From assembly GCA_964016885.1 (NCBI GenBank), contig OZ024741.1, forward strand, positions 94,426,001 to 94,490,000: DNA of 64,000 nucleotides. Direction: 5' to 3'. The notes under the pieces were generated by a model that saw nothing but the letters and a program-made list of their open reading frames with translations, had not been told where the DNA came from and searched no databases. The stretch is from Eledone cirrhosa. Its lineage: Eukaryota. A program made the position numbers and the translations under genes. Position 1 is the first letter of the stretch. Each line of letters opens with the position of its first letter. Below are positions 25,420-40,615 of the stretch, piece by piece.

Positions 25420-27510
25420 CATGTAATGACATATGTTCTACATAACTTCATTTGTAACCAATGCTAGGACAGTAATCGAATGCATCGTCAATCTACCCGC
25501 ATCTCGGACTGGCCCGGCTGCCAGTGTTAACGTATAGTGTTTATGATGAACCGACAACACAGACCGATAACTCCACTAGGCTAGAGATTTCTAGAAAATG
25601 TCCAGAACATGGCTTGAATTCCCCCACCTCCAGAACGTAGTCGCTCTTGCTAATTACCAACCCTATATAGAATTCAAGAGGTCAACGTTTCCTGATTGTT
25701 AGATAACAGTGGGTGCATGAAGGCACTTCAGATACCTGGCGACCAATATTGGTTTTCATTTGACCCAAAACTGCAGCTCTGCAAAAGAAATAAGCTGCCA
25801 AAAAACGTACTTCACAATCGACGACTACACCTGTTCAACGTTCCGGAAGCTCTTCAGATACCACAACCCAAGCATATGCTTGCATGTCATTGGTCGTGGC
25901 ATACCGAGACCCATAGACAGAAGATGCTGGCATCAAATATATTTTGTGGTCAATCTCTTCCACAATAACCAAAAGAGCAAACTCTCTTGCCTGATAAGGT
26001 TAAAAATGATATAGTGTATTATGGCTAGGTGTAATTAAATGACGTAAGTTTAACAGAATGCTGGGTTGATGTATATATATATATATTGTAAAGGAGCATT
26101 TCGTACTTAATACTCCTGCGTCGAAAGTCACCAGTTTTAACAGGATGGTTTTTAAGAGTAGATGTATCACCACGAAGAATTGAGGTTAGGCTGTAAGTCT
26201 CAGGTTCTGTTGCTGCTGTGATAATACCTATGGAAGGTATCCTTCCATATCACATTTAAAGGCATTTCTGTGGTAACAGCATCACAAGACTCTACACCAA
26301 TTTAGCAGTTTGTATATGTTATAGTTAGTTGCGCCACGAGTGACCAGTTCGGTAGAAATATGTGGTAAGAACATCGACAACGACTTTGACTCGTTTTACA
26401 TTATTTATTAATAAGGTTGAGCTGTGTAGAGCAGACATGCCAAGAATAATAAAAACAAACGAATTAAGAATTCAGAAGGCACGGTCTACTGGCTGAAGTG
26501 TTGCCAGGCCGTGGTTAAGTTGTTGTGTTACATATTGGCTAGTGATTTGACGACGAAATAAAGTTAGTTGTTTATCTTTTTCCGGTCAGGAGGCAAGAGA
26601 CAGATTTCTCAAATCAACGCGGGAATTTTTCCCTCGGGGTGCGTAGAGATACATTCTCCTCCGCTGGCGGTCATTGGCTGGGCTGAGCCAAATAACGCAC
26701 GGAGAATGTATGTGAGCCCGCGGAATGTAGGTCACTACATAAGTAACGTATTTGTTTGTCAACTCTGGAAAAATCATTCGAAGATAGTTTTTCCTCATCC
26801 AATTTCTAATTGAGTCTGGACACTGTACTCGTAAGCTCATTTCAGTTCCATACTGCAAACATCCTAATTGAAACTTCGTTTCAGCGATCCAAGCCGAGAC
26901 AAACTTGCCTCACCAGTAATCTAGTTTAAGCAGGATATTCTTCAACAATTTTAGGTTTAGCAGCAATGGGCCAAAGCCAAAACGTACAGGAGTGATGAAA
27001 AATGATACCTTGAGAGACTGAGGGCATGATGCGAAGCGGTTCTCATAGGTAACCGTTCTATCCTCTGAAAATGGAATCGAAACTGGCTACACTGAAGACG
27101 GCCGCTAAATGTTGATGATTGATCCATTAAAGCACATTGGATTGCTTCAATGAATCAGGGCCCGATCGAAGGCAGGTTATTATCCACACTCTCTACATTA
27201 TATTACATGAATTGGAAATTGTCGATAGATCTGCCAGAATCGCTCATGACTACGCGGTGCCGACTACACTACCGATGACGGACACCAATCTCATCGCAAG
27301 CACCTTGGCCACAATCCTAAATTCGACGTTTGGTAGAATTATGGGTGGAATATTGTTGATAATTCCTCTATGTTTGTGTCCTTCATCAACAGCGCCGCGA
27401 TTTCTCGGCTAAGAATGCTGCAAGATGCAAATAGACGTCTGCCAAGAGAAGACGGAACAAATCCCGTAATGTATCCATAAATCTCGTAGAACAAAATATA
27501 CTGCTGGAAT
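25420..27510 (-). pseudogene. Old degraded copy of Tx1-like ORF2, interrupted at ~26030-26790
   Basis: Minus-strand translation matches the 824-3704 ORF in order: IINNIPPIILPNVEFRIVAKVLAMRL, NGYL..SSLLYVLA, ICCQHLLSMGLGMP, LAELQFWVK, DIF*KSLA. Confidence 0.7.
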
Positions 27511-27759
27511 AAAACACACATCACATACGAAGATAAATAACAGAGAAACACTCAGATAAAGAAGAGAAGAGAAAACACAGTTTTGAATACAAACAAAACA
27601 AAATAAAATTAAGTTGAAATAAAACCATTGTTATTTAAAAACAAATCAAAAATTTCCAGAGATAAATCAATAATAAACAAAACAACAGAAGGTCGAATCA
27701 GGATGTAGAATACATTTCGAAGCCAGCATTTATTGCGAACACGATACGAAAATAATGAT

Positions 27760-28040
27760 TTGTAATTTAGGCACAAAGCCAACAAATTTGAGTTAGAGAA
27801 AGTCGATTATATTGACACCAGTACGTGACTGGTACTTTATTTTATCAACCTAGGAAGGATGATAGATAAAGTTGACTTCGACAAAGTTTGAACTCAAAAC
27901 ATAGAAAATCGTAACTAAATGCCGCAAAGCATTTGTCCGACACTCTAACGACTCTGCCAATCCGCTACCCTATGATTTCTAATTTTAGCACAAGGCCAGC
28001 AAATTCTCGGAAAGGAAAAGTTGATTATGTTGACACCCAC
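27760..28040 (-). mobile_element. SINE family 1 copies (one full, one partial)
   Basis: GGCACAA..GACTGGTACTTTATTTTATC..TTTGAACTC. Confidence 0.75.
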
Positions 28041-28084
28041 GTACAAAACATAACCACTCACTTACAAAACAGATCCACCAATAT

Positions 28085-28358
28085 TAGTATAGAACAACTC
28101 ACATACAGAACAGAACCACCCACATATAAATAGAACCACCCACATATAAAACAGAACAATTCCCATACAAACAGAACCACCCACATATAAATAGAACCAC
28201 CCACATAAAACAGAACCACCCACATATAAAACAGAACCACGCACATATAAAATAGAACGACCCACATAAAACAGAACCACCCTCATATAAAATAGAACCA
28301 CCTACATTTAAAACAGAACAACCCACATATAAATAGAACCACCCACATATAAAACAGA
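28085..28358. repeat. ~21-22 bp minisatellite (ACAGAACCACCCACATATAAA)n
   Basis: about a dozen tandem units visible. Confidence 0.92.
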
Positions 28359-28672
28359 AGATATCAAGATTGATGAAATCAACGTAAGTACCTGACCAAA
28401 CTACGACAAACAAGCAGTCTTCAAAGAATAAATGACTGTAAGGACTTGAATAATTGCGTATAAAACGATTGGATCTGCTCAGTAATGGTTGTAGCATTGA
28501 GGGGGAAATACAGCTGGTCATAATGGAGTCATACTTTCAGCCAAGCCTCTAAGCTTCACGCAAAAAAAAAATAGAAAGAAAAAATAATATGCGCGCGTGT
28601 GTGTGGTATGTGTGTATCTGTGCTGTGTGTCTGTGTGTGTGCTGTGTGTGTGTGCTGTGTGTGTATGTGTTC

Positions 28673-28741
<69 letters not shown>

Positions 28742-28890
28742 CATGTTGAAATCCAAACAAACACAAAATCGCCATAAATGATAGGAGCATTACAAAATCG
28801 GGTAAAATACCCATTGAGACAGAAAAAGTGGTAGCAGCTATTACATATATATATAACATACGGCATATTATATATATATATATATATAAT

Positions 28891-29335
<445 letters not shown>

Positions 29336-29339
29336 TGAT

Positions 29340-29478
29340 TAACTAGTCTGATGAGAATATCGGACTGGAGTCAGGTTAAGAGCATTTATATAGATCCTGA
29401 GCCGACCATCTGTGAAACAGTCGTAACTATGTGTAATCAATAAAGACCTTACTATGAATCCTCGCCTTGTTTTTCAAT
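29340..29478 (+). ncRNA. pLTR remnant with hammerhead motif (59-nt stem II region)
   Basis: UAGU-CUGAUGA(29348-54)...GAAAC-AGUC-GUA-ACUA; AAUAAA; ends in (TA)n. Confidence 0.6.
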
Positions 29479-29539
29479 ATATATATATATATATAAATCA
29501 TAGCAATGAGAGAAGGCACATAATAAATGCCTTGTTTTT

Positions 29540-29597
<58 letters not shown>

Positions 29598-29724
29598 TAG
29601 GAATGAGAGAAGGCACGTAATAAATTATGTCAGATAATAAGGGATAATACCGTATTCAAGCTGCCCTGGGTTAAACAGTAAGCACTTCCTGTTCGTTAGA
29701 ATCATGTGCTATCGAAGGTTAGTT

Positions 29725-29837
<113 letters not shown>

Positions 29838-30235
29838 AGTATGTGAGGTTCATAAGAAGTAGGTATATCTGTTGAAAAGCTCCTGCGAGTATTATGATTC
29901 TTGGCATTTTTGAAAGCGAAACATAAAATATATGTGTATATATACGTATGTGTTGTATATATTATGCCAATATATGTGTGTATATATAACGTATATCTTA
30001 TGTCCAGGTATATATCGTTATAATGTACACTTTGATTATTCTATTAATTTGGATATACCGTTCCATCCGTAGTTTTTATGTGCTTTACCAGGTGGTACTT
30101 TATCCCCTAATAACTGACCTAATTTATTATGTGCGTTCTCTCATTACTATCATTTATAATGAGCTCGGTCTGCCTTCCTTGAGTTTCCTTGATCATAAGG
30201 GACTTATTGTGAGTTTCTAACTCTATATTACAACT

Positions 30236-30292
<57 letters not shown>

Positions 30293-30380
30293 TTCGACAG
30301 CTAATTCTTATCACAAGTATCAACTACTTTGTTGAATAATGGTCTTAATAGTTTAAAACAGGTAAAATCTTGATCTATAT

Positions 30381-30463
<83 letters not shown>

Positions 30464-30985
30464 CGTGTGTGGGTGTGTGTATGTGTGTGTGTATGTGTGT
30501 GTGTGTATGTGTGTGTGTGTATGTGTGTGTGTGTGTGTTAAATTAAAAGTATGATGACGTATGTATGTAAAATAAACACATCAAATAGTTGCAGGGGACA
30601 ATATATTGTATATATTGTATATATATATATATACACAATATATTAATAAATGGAAACTATATTTATAAAACCATATTTATTTTATTATATATATCTCAAG
30701 GGCAACCAAGGCAAATTATGGTGCGCTTTCGTCAGATAAAATACAGATTCGTTTTATAAATAAATATTGACATACCCGGAAAAAAGACAACCTTAACGGC
30801 TGGAGCTTCCTGGATAGTCCAGGAATCCCAACAAATTAAATATAACCTCTGCATGTATATATATATATATATATATATATTCGATATATATATATATTTT
30901 ATGGAATACTGTTGGCTTCTTGCTACAATAATTTCTATACTTTTCATTTATATATATATATATATATATATATATCGAATCATGT

Positions 30986-31078
<93 letters not shown>

Positions 31079-31310
31079 AAATAAAATAAATAAGTCAAAT
31101 GTTTAAAATTTGGCTTCGTTTATAACTGCTGGTGACAGCCATCTTTGGCTGTCACCTCTGCAGGCATTTGACTTATTTATTTTATTTTATTTTACATTAC
31201 TCCGGATTAATCAAACCAACCTGTGCACTTCGCCGGGTGCTCCAATCTGCATATTGAGGTGTTGGTATACAACCAACATATACTCAAAATTTATATATAT
31301 ATATATATAT

Positions 31311-31503
31311 AGTTTTAATGTAGATGAGATTCTACAGGACTAGAACTGTTTCATTCATTAGAAATCATCAGGAATCCCGATGATTTCTAATGAATGAAAC
31401 AGTTCTAGTCCTGTAGAATCTCATCTACATTAAAACTTTTATACTCTGCTATGTATTGAGTACCTTACTTACTGTGGTTACCTCCGATTCAACCCGGAAT
31501 AAC

Positions 31504-31504
<1 letters not shown>
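31311..31504. mobile_element. Foldback pLTR remnant with hammerhead core, in (TA)n
   Basis: Arms 31311-31372 / 31376-31437 containing C(U/C)GAUGA-UUUCUAAUGAAU-GAAAC-AGUUCUA-GUC; right arm has a 67-nt tail. Confidence 0.75.
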
Positions 31505-31539
<35 letters not shown>

Positions 31540-31594
31540 GACGTAAAATAAGAAAATTATAAAAATTTACTTACTTACTAAAATTTCACTCCAA

Positions 31595-31639
<45 letters not shown>

Positions 31640-31655
31640 CATATATATATATATA

Positions 31656-31727
<72 letters not shown>

Positions 31728-32146
31728 CATGTGAAAGCATGGTCGAAAACGTGAAAGCATGGCCGAAAAGAACAATGAAGTTTTAAAAAATACCAAAATA
31801 GTTTACAGTAACATTAAAAAACAACTTATCACTGGATAACACAACATACAAAGAGGAAATATATGATAAATTATGTAATACAATAAAAGAAAAAGGACAG
31901 TGGATAAGAATGGAAGAGGAAAAAATAATCGCCCAGGATACGAGGAAACCTAACCAGCTTGAAAAACAGTGGGATTGACAAGCTTCCCAATTTTTGGTTG
32001 GAGTACACGCGCAGCACACCTAGGTGTATGGCAGCAACATTCAATGAACTGGTAAATGGACCAGAGTCAACACATTAATGGCTGTTGGAAGAAACTCCCA
32101 AAACTATCGGCCTATAGCGTAGTTACCAACAGCAAAGCTCTGATAT

Positions 32147-32224
32147 TATTAGTGGGAGATGGGGAGGGCGTAATAGACGGAAGCAGTGGAAGTGGGAGTT
32201 TGGTTCCATTGTTTTCGGACCCTG

Positions 32225-32226
<2 letters not shown>
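32147..32226 (+). mobile_element. CRE-like element 3' tip
   Basis: Similar to 58060-58139; ends in (TA)n. Confidence 0.6.
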
Positions 32227-32255
<29 letters not shown>

Positions 32256-32759
32256 ACACCACTTGACCCGAATAGCTTGCTCGCTTCTATGGCTTTGCGG
32301 TTAATGGTTTAACCATCGTCTCAGTGTGTTTGGCCTTTTAACGTAAGTTTATTGCTCTAGTTCACTCGTTTCTATTGAGCGCTTGCCACACATTTCGGAA
32401 GTTGTTTTTCGCTAATTTCCAATAGCCGAATTGCGATTCTCGCTAATTTATATTTGTATACATATATATACATTAAACAGCAACCAGTTCCGCTTCTGAC
32501 TCTGCAGTAGGCTGGTTATTCAGCAGGGAGAACAATGACATATTACTTGAGGAGTAGGAAGAATTCCGAGAAGAAATATAAAAGCAGTTACTGGTGAACC
32601 GCACTATTGTAGAAAACAACAGAAAAAGGAAAACAAATCTTTATACAATCTGGGTTGATTATCGAAAAAGCACTGGTAGTATACCACACTCTCTGATACA
32701 TGAAATTCATTCAATCCAGGGTCTTTTCACTCCTACCGGAGGAACCCCTCCTTGATTGA

Positions 32760-32990
32760 CCTCCACCGTTTACTGTTTTGGTTTTAGTCATGTCAGGGGT
32801 GTTGCCGTACTCACCACGCTGGTCAATTGCGGGTTGGTGAGGCTATTTAACCCATAGCTGGGTAATTTCATTTCTACAGCTGGGTGAACTGGAGCAACGT
32901 GAATAAAGTGCTAAGCCTGGTCTGAGAATCGAACTCACAACCTCAGGATTGTAAACCCGATACCCTAACCACTAAGCCATGCGCCTTCAC
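32760..32990 (-). mobile_element. tRNA-derived SINE family 2
   Basis: Minus strand GTGAAGGCGCATGGCTTAGTGGTTAG (A-box), GTTCGATTCTC (B-box); related copies at 36990-37223, 39607-39740, 53980-54195. Confidence 0.75.
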
Positions 32991-33311
32991 GATAGATGAA
33001 ATATTCTACATAAATATAGCAGCCCTAATTCTAAGAAAATAATTCAATTAAGCCATATCAAAAGCAACGATATCACTACAAAATAAAGAGAAGATAGTTA
33101 AAACTAGCCCTGTGATCATAAAAGGAAAAATATTCCCGGGGTTACCCATTATCTCTTTTACTTTATTTTGTGTAGCAGTGACTCCTATTAACGAATTTAC
33201 TGAATAAACCCACCGATGATAATAAGGGTTATGCAGAAAACATATACAACCTCCTTTATATTGATGACTTAAAATATTTATAATAGTTAGAGAAGTTATT
33301 AAATATTATTC

Positions 33312-33502
33312 CAAACCTGTCAACTCTTCCCGTCGGACGGAGAGATCTCCCACCCACTTTCAGGTGAGAGATGTCTTCTCTTGTGAAAATGGGTATAGCT
33401 TTCTTTATGTAAAATCTCCCCATTTTGCCTCATTTCTTCCCGTTTTGGGGGCACTTTTTTCATGGTACTCCCCGTTTGGGTTTTTATATGTTGACAGGTC
33501 TG
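33312..33502. mobile_element. hAT-like MITE (TIR CAGACCTG(C/T)CAAC-type)
   Basis: TIR CAAACCTGTCAAC / GTTGACAGGTCTG; TTATTC repeated on both flanks; second copy at 43521-43692. Confidence 0.75.
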
Positions 33503-34226
33503 TTATTCATAAATTCAGCCGAGACATAAAAATAAATACGGAATTAGAGAAACGTGCTAAAGCATCCCTAAGAAGAAGTGAATTAACTAAACTTGAGAAT
33601 ATTAAATTAGATACTGACAGCAATATCAAAGAATTAGACCAGATCCACCCATACAAACAGAGTAGGTTAAACTCATGAAATAGAACACACAGAAATGAAA
33701 GAAAAAGATTAGAAAAGAATAGTACACAAGCAGCAACTGCTAGAAATATGATAATGCATTAGCCATCCCAGTTACAAAAACAACAGTATCAACATACATT
33801 GTAATTTAAGTGAATTTGAAAAACTTAGAAGAAACAGGAAAATACTAACAACGTCCTGGCCCTCCTTTCCCAACGAAAAAGTTGATATCGATGGAATATA
33901 GCTACACAGTACAGCTCACGGGGTAGGTGGAGCCTGATACAAATAGAAAACTATTATAGAACAACAGATGAACAAGAAAACTAATTAGAAGCAGCTAAAG
34001 GGAAACTGATTTGTGTAAGAGAGAATAAGAAAAAAGAAAACTATATCTTAGTCACACGCGCACACATATACATATAAACACATACATGCATACAGAGAAA
34101 GAGAGACTCATAAATATTCTACTCATTTAAAGGTAGAACTTTAATGGTTTTAGAACTCAATGTAATGTTGATATGAATATCCCATCGAAGCAAAACGAAA
34201 TTTGTCTTTATAGAAATGTGATATAT

Positions 34227-34280
<54 letters not shown>

Positions 34281-34643
34281 ATTTATGTTGTGTGCTTTAC
34301 CAATTGATAGGACTGGTCATTCAGGTAATTGATTAAAGGGTAAGTAATCCAGTTCACGTCATGTGAGTGATTATATTGTGAAAGAAACGAAAAAGAAAAG
34401 AAATTGTAGTGTGTTGATCCAGTGAGACTGACATAATAATCCTCTTCGTCACTGCAAGGACCAATAATACAACTAGAAAAGTGCTCTACCGAATCCCCAC
34501 AACACTCCCAAACCCCACCAATACTATCAGTTCCAAATAGTATATAAAATATCACAACACATACTCGTGCATAATCAATACACTATTCTATACTACCAAC
34601 AATAATAAACTAATTCCTACAACAATTCAAAACTGATACAACA

Positions 34644-34670
34644 ATTACACACATACACACACATACACAC

Positions 34671-34752
<82 letters not shown>

Positions 34753-34800
34753 ACAACACACACACACACATACACACAACACACACACACACACACACAC

Positions 34801-34835
<35 letters not shown>

Positions 34836-35239
34836 CACACACACACACACACACACACAACACACACACACACACATACACACAACACACACACACACAC
34901 ACATACACACAACACACACATACACACACACACATACACACAACACACACACACACACACACACACAACACACACACACACACACATACACACAACACAC
35001 ACACACACACACATACACACACACACATACACACAACAGACATACACAACACACACATACACACAACACACACACAACACACACACAACACACACACATA
35101 CACACAACACACATACACACACATACACACACAACACACATACACACAACACACATACACAACACACACACACATACACACAACACACACACACACAACA
35201 TACACACAACACACACACATACACACAACACACATACAC

Positions 35240-35284
<45 letters not shown>

Positions 35285-35402
35285 ACAACACACACATACA
35301 CACACAACACACATACACACAACACACATACACAACACACACACACATACACACAACACACATACACAACACACACACACAACACACACAACACACACAC
35401 AC
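34644..35402. repeat. Long interrupted (CA)n array with recurring CAA/CAT variants
   Basis: direct inspection. Confidence 0.95.
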
Positions 35403-35484
35403 CTCGGGAACACGGACGTGTTGCTGATAGTGCAGTGGAAACTCGCATAAAATTGCTGAAAACATGATGAGGTTAATATTAATT

Positions 35485-35667
35485 GCTTCTACTTTTGGCA
35501 CAAGGCCAGCAATTACCACAGTACATTACTGGTACTTCATTTTATCGACCCCGTAAGGATGAAAGGCAAAGTTAACCTCGGCGGGATTTGAACTCAGAAT
35601 GTCAAGGGCCGTAACTCTCTGCGTCAAAGCATGGTGTCCGACCCTCTACCGATACTGCCAATCCACC
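35485..35667 (-). mobile_element. SINE family 1, short variant
   Basis: Same head and body as the other copies; lacks the G-rich segment. Confidence 0.85.
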
Positions 35668-36495
35668 ATAATAATGAAGGAATAAAATGGGTCTGCGTCG
35701 GTTTCCACGATTAGTGTTCCAGTTGTTCGATCAATGGTACGGCCTGCTCGTGAAATTAATGTAAGTGGCATTCTGAGCATTCTACAGACTGAGCATTCTA
35801 CAGACACGTGTATCCTTTAGGAAATTCTTAGACAGATTTATCTTGATGCAGTATGGTCAAGACTGACTATTTGAATTACGAGTACAGTCCTTCTAACAGG
35901 CTTCCAAACAGTTTCCGTTTATTCCCATTCTAATTTCATTCACAAGACATAGGTCAACCTGGGGCTATGATAAATGGGACTTGCCCAAGATTCTACGCAA
36001 TGCGATCGAACCAAAAACTTAATGATAGCAAAGCTAACACCTTAACCATTTGGCCATATTGCGACAATGTGACTTTACGCAGGGATATACCAATCTACAC
36101 AGGCGGGGAAATCAATAATAATTGACCGAATTAAAATGTTCACGCTAACAATACTGTTGGGTTTGAACCACCAACAGTATCTGGTAGCACTCCCAGGCCA
36201 AAGGCAATTGAGTAGTATTGTTCTATATATAAATTTGTAATTTCAATTACCTCATTTCAGGTGTGTATCCCTTGGGATGGCTTGGGACGGTTTTCAACGG
36301 GTTTCAAGTTGTTGAAACCACTTTCGATATATAACGGAATGTTGTCAGAGAAAACAGCGTAGACTGCGTTAGATACATGGACAGATATTTATGTGTGTGT
36401 GCACAGGCATATACAGATATGTGTGTGCCTGGGCATGTGCACATATGTGTGTATATGAGAAAGAGGGAGAAGAGAAAGAAAGAAAAAAGAAAGAT

Positions 36496-36550
<55 letters not shown>

Positions 36551-36989
36551 AATAGAATAGATCCACTCAGCTCATATCAATACTATGCTTTCTTTATTCA
36601 TAATTTGCACACAACTTAAATCTTTATAGATATTGTGGACCACGAGTCCATTCCGACTGAGTATTTTCTCTTTCTTTTTTCAACTGAAATACATACTATT
36701 ATTATAGTATTATAGTGTAAATCAGGGCGGTGTGGTTAAGGAAGAAGTTTCCCAAAAGGTGTGGTACTACACATTGGTACGCCGCAAATGAGAAAAATAC
36801 AGATTGAAGTTCAAAACGATATATCAGTAAATAATTGAGTGTTTAACCATTCGGTAATGTCCTGCATACTAAAAAAAAACTTACGTACACGCACACACAC
36901 GCTTGCAAACACACACATACACACACACGCTTGCAAAGAAAATATCAGAAAAATCAGCATTAAAAGAGAATATATAGAATAATTTAGTT

Positions 36990-37223
36990 CTAGACATATT
37001 ATCGACAGTCGGTCGACTTTCGTCAAATCGGACCGAGGAAACAATGTTTCCATTGGTCTTTCCAATTGCTAATACCATCTATCGATCGCAACGCCAGGTA
37101 GAAGGAGCAACGCGAAATAAAGTGTCTTGCTCAAGGACATAACACATTGCCCGGTCCAGGAATCGAACTGATAACCTCGCGATTGCGAATCCAATTCTCT
37201 AACCAATCAGCCACGCGCCTTCA
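36990..37223 (-). mobile_element. SINE family 2
   Basis: tRNA-like head GTGAAGGCGCGTGGCTGATTGGTTAG..GTTCGATTCC on minus. Confidence 0.75.
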
Positions 37224-37395
37224 CTAAGATATATTATGTCTGAAATTAAGACAAGAAAGTATCGGCCGGATCGTCGTTGACCATACGTCAACTTGATCAA
37301 GACAGACATTGGGATTAAACAACAACAACAACAACAACAATGTTATTAGCAAACAATATCAAAAGAAAATCAGTGTTAAATGTAAAAAGAAGAAA

Positions 37396-37448
37396 AGAAG
37401 AAGAAGAAGAAGAAGAAGAAGAAGAAGAAGAAGAAGAAGAAGAAGAAG

Positions 37449-37508
<60 letters not shown>

Positions 37509-37535
37509 AGAAGCAACAACAACAACAATAATAAT
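37396..37535. repeat. (GAA)n(CAA)n compound trinucleotide microsatellite
   Basis: direct inspection. Confidence 0.95.
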
Positions 37536-37537
37536 TA

Positions 37538-37937
37538 TTTCTACTTTTGGCACAAGGCCAGCAATTTTGGGGGCAGGAAAAGTCGATTAAATCGACTCCA
37601 GTGCGTGACTGGTACTTTATTTTATCGACTCCGTAAGGATGAAAGGCAAAGATAACCTCGGCGGGATTTGAACTCAGATCATAAAGAGCCACAACTCTAT
37701 GCTGCAAAGCATGGCATCCGACCCTCTACCGATACTGCCAATAATAATAATAATAATAATTGTTTCTACTTTTGGCAGCAATTACTCTAGTGCATTACTG
37801 GTACTTTATTTTATCGACCCCGTATGGATGAAAGGCAAAGTTAACCTTGGCGGGATTTGAACTCAGAATGGTAAAGGCCGTAAACTCTATACGTCAAAGT
37901 ATGGCGTCCGACCCTCTACCGATATTGCCAATCCACA
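37538..37937 (-). mobile_element. Tandem pair of SINE family 1 (long + short variant)
   Basis: two adjacent copies separated by (AAT)n. Confidence 0.85.
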
Positions 37938-38497
37938 ATATGCCCAAAAGTTCATTTTCTACGATCAGCTGCTGATTCTATACGAGGCATTGCGACGCAC
38001 TTTAAAGTGCAGCTCACATATGTGGGATCTGGGACGGTGCAGCTGCTAAACATACAATCACTCTAGAATGCATCCCTGAAAGGGTGGGGGCGTAGAATTT
38101 CCGACATATTGACAAACTTTCAGCTTACATCAACAAGCACACTAACGTGATGTATCCTTCCGCTGCATCTTTCATTCATCGTTACTAAAGTAGTTCGTGC
38201 TCTACTCAATCAGTACTTTGTATTCTAACCCTGATCACCAAGCCCGCCTATGTCACACACACACACACACACTCACTCACACACACATACGCGCCTCGTC
38301 TTCTGACTAAATAAATACATTATCAGAGAGAAAGTGATATAGAAAGAGTGAGTTATAACAAAGATAGGTATATCAAAACACACACATACACTGACGCATG
38401 CCTATGTTTGCTTGTGTGTATGTGTGTATGTATGTGGGGGATAACATGTTGCTAGTTAAGACCACTTAGAAACACACACACACACACACACACACAT

Positions 38498-38549
<52 letters not shown>

Positions 38550-38578
38550 TCTACCAGCCGAAATGCGATTCTCGCTGA

Positions 38579-38670
<92 letters not shown>

Positions 38671-40143
38671 GATTTAATATAGAAATGGCTTCTACAGGAC
38701 TAGAACTGTTTCGAAGGAAATTATAAAATTATATAATTTTGAAATTATAAAATTAAATTGTTATACCAACTACCTGTGAAGTCATTCTTTTCCTTTTTTC
38801 AAATATATATTAAACAGGAAAAATATAAATGCGAAAATGTACAGAATTGTATTTTAATCAGACAAAACGTTTATATATTTGATTCGGCATGTGGAGCTGA
38901 ATTTAATCAAATATCTTTTACCGGTTTCGACTAGTATGTTCTAATATTGTGAGACATATAGCAATATTTGTTTTGTATGGTTAAAGAAAAAAGGATTTTT
39001 GATACACATCTGCACATTTCTGCCTTTATTTTCTTCCTATAATTTTTGATTTGTATGGAACTTTGTTACTTTTTTAACTATAATATATATATATATAAAT
39101 AAATATATATATATATACATACATGCATGGATCAAAGCCTGGAAAGATATACAGCTTAATGGAAGAAGAAGAAGAAGAAGAAGAAGAAGAAGAAGAAGAA
39201 GAAGAAGAAGAAGAAGAAGAAGAAGAATGATTAAAGAGGGGTCGAAATACCTTTCATGTAATGATTCTATTTCTTATAAACTGGAACAATGTAGGTACCT
39301 CCGTAGCCGAATGAAATGTTGATGTACTAAAGGGAAACTATAGTACAGAAGCTATCACAGCATGTGTGTTGTCATTCCGACTTAATGACCCAAATAATAG
39401 TAAAAACATTCTCCCTTAACGTTGTGTAAGGCGCATGTGTGTATGTGTGTATGTAATGCGTACTTTCCCATATATATGAGGTGCATATATGTGACATGTG
39501 TGTATGCATGTACTTTGTGATGTTTGTGTGAGATGTGTGTCTGCATTTGATATCGTTTAGCCCGAGTCCAGCTGTTTGTTGTATATCTATTACTGCACTA
39601 GTGATTGTGGAAGCGCATGGCCTAGTGGTTAGAGGGTTTGACTTCGATTCCTAGACCGGGTTGTGAGTTCTTGAACAAACAGTCCATTTCACGTTGTTCC
39701 AAGATAGTCAGCTTAAAATTAGTACCAGCAGTGAAACTGCGTCCTGTCCAATATCCTGGTGTATAGTTACTTCCCTTTATATACTGAGTTCAAATTCGAC
39801 CGGGATCAACTTTCCAATTTATCTTCGAAACCATATACTACCCGTTAAGTAATGGGTGCTTCGCAGTCACGTAGTTCTTCGTTCGATTCCACTGGGCGGT
39901 ATCTTAGATAAGTATCTTCAACTATGAGCTCAAGTTGAGTGAGAACTCCGTCTTTATCGGCTGTCGAAATGGACTTACCATTTTGTATTGTCTATACCCC
40001 ATCTCGTCCCCTTATTCGTGCATGTCTGTGCTTGTGTCAGTTTTTGATTGTATCTATTGCCAATTTTGGTATATATATAGAGATATATATATATAATAAT
40101 AATAATAAAGTATGAATTCCTACGTGTAAAAAATACATATAGG

Positions 40144-40236
<93 letters not shown>

Positions 40237-40508
40237 AGTATGTGTGTATACGTACATACATATATGTATACAGACGTACAGTAGCATGCATATATATATA
40301 TATATATATACATACATATATATATATACATACAGGTACACATACATATATGCACGTATCAGTTTAGCGGACGCTTATTATAACGCCGCTTTGTTCGTTT
40401 GTAAACAAACTGAACAGCCTGAATTTTTTTTTATATATATGTTTTTTATATATTTGTTTTGCCATAATAAAAATGGCGTAGATATTACAATACAACGGGA
40501 GGAAACAA

Positions 40509-40554
40509 TAGTACCACTGATGATGTCGCAGATGTGTGACGAAAGGACTTTGAT

Positions 40555-40560
<6 letters not shown>
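40509..40560 (+). ncRNA. Hammerhead motif of pLTR remnant related to 18735-18781
   Basis: CUGAUGA-U-GUCGCA..UGUGAC-GAAAG-GA-CUU; upstream AAAATGGCGTAG shared with 18681 region; ends in (TA)n. Confidence 0.6.

Positions 40561-40615
<55 letters not shown>

Larger units (their letters stand above)
32520..34000 (+). pseudogene. Old degraded R4/Dong-like RT, interrupted by a SINE and a MITE
   Basis: QLLVNRTIV..NLYTIWVDYRKS..IPHS, YIDDLK, FSRDIKI. Confidence 0.6.

Noticed and set aside
28085-28358. CRISPR-like array
   Set aside because: Contiguous tandem units with no unique spacers, in a eukaryotic context; it is a minisatellite
32925-32990. tRNA gene (also other A/B-box heads)
   Set aside because: tRNA-like heads are attached to dispersed SINE bodies and lack a full cloverleaf
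36261-36360. Exon after CCTCATTTCAG acceptor
   Set aside because: No convincing donor and no recognisable peptide in any frame
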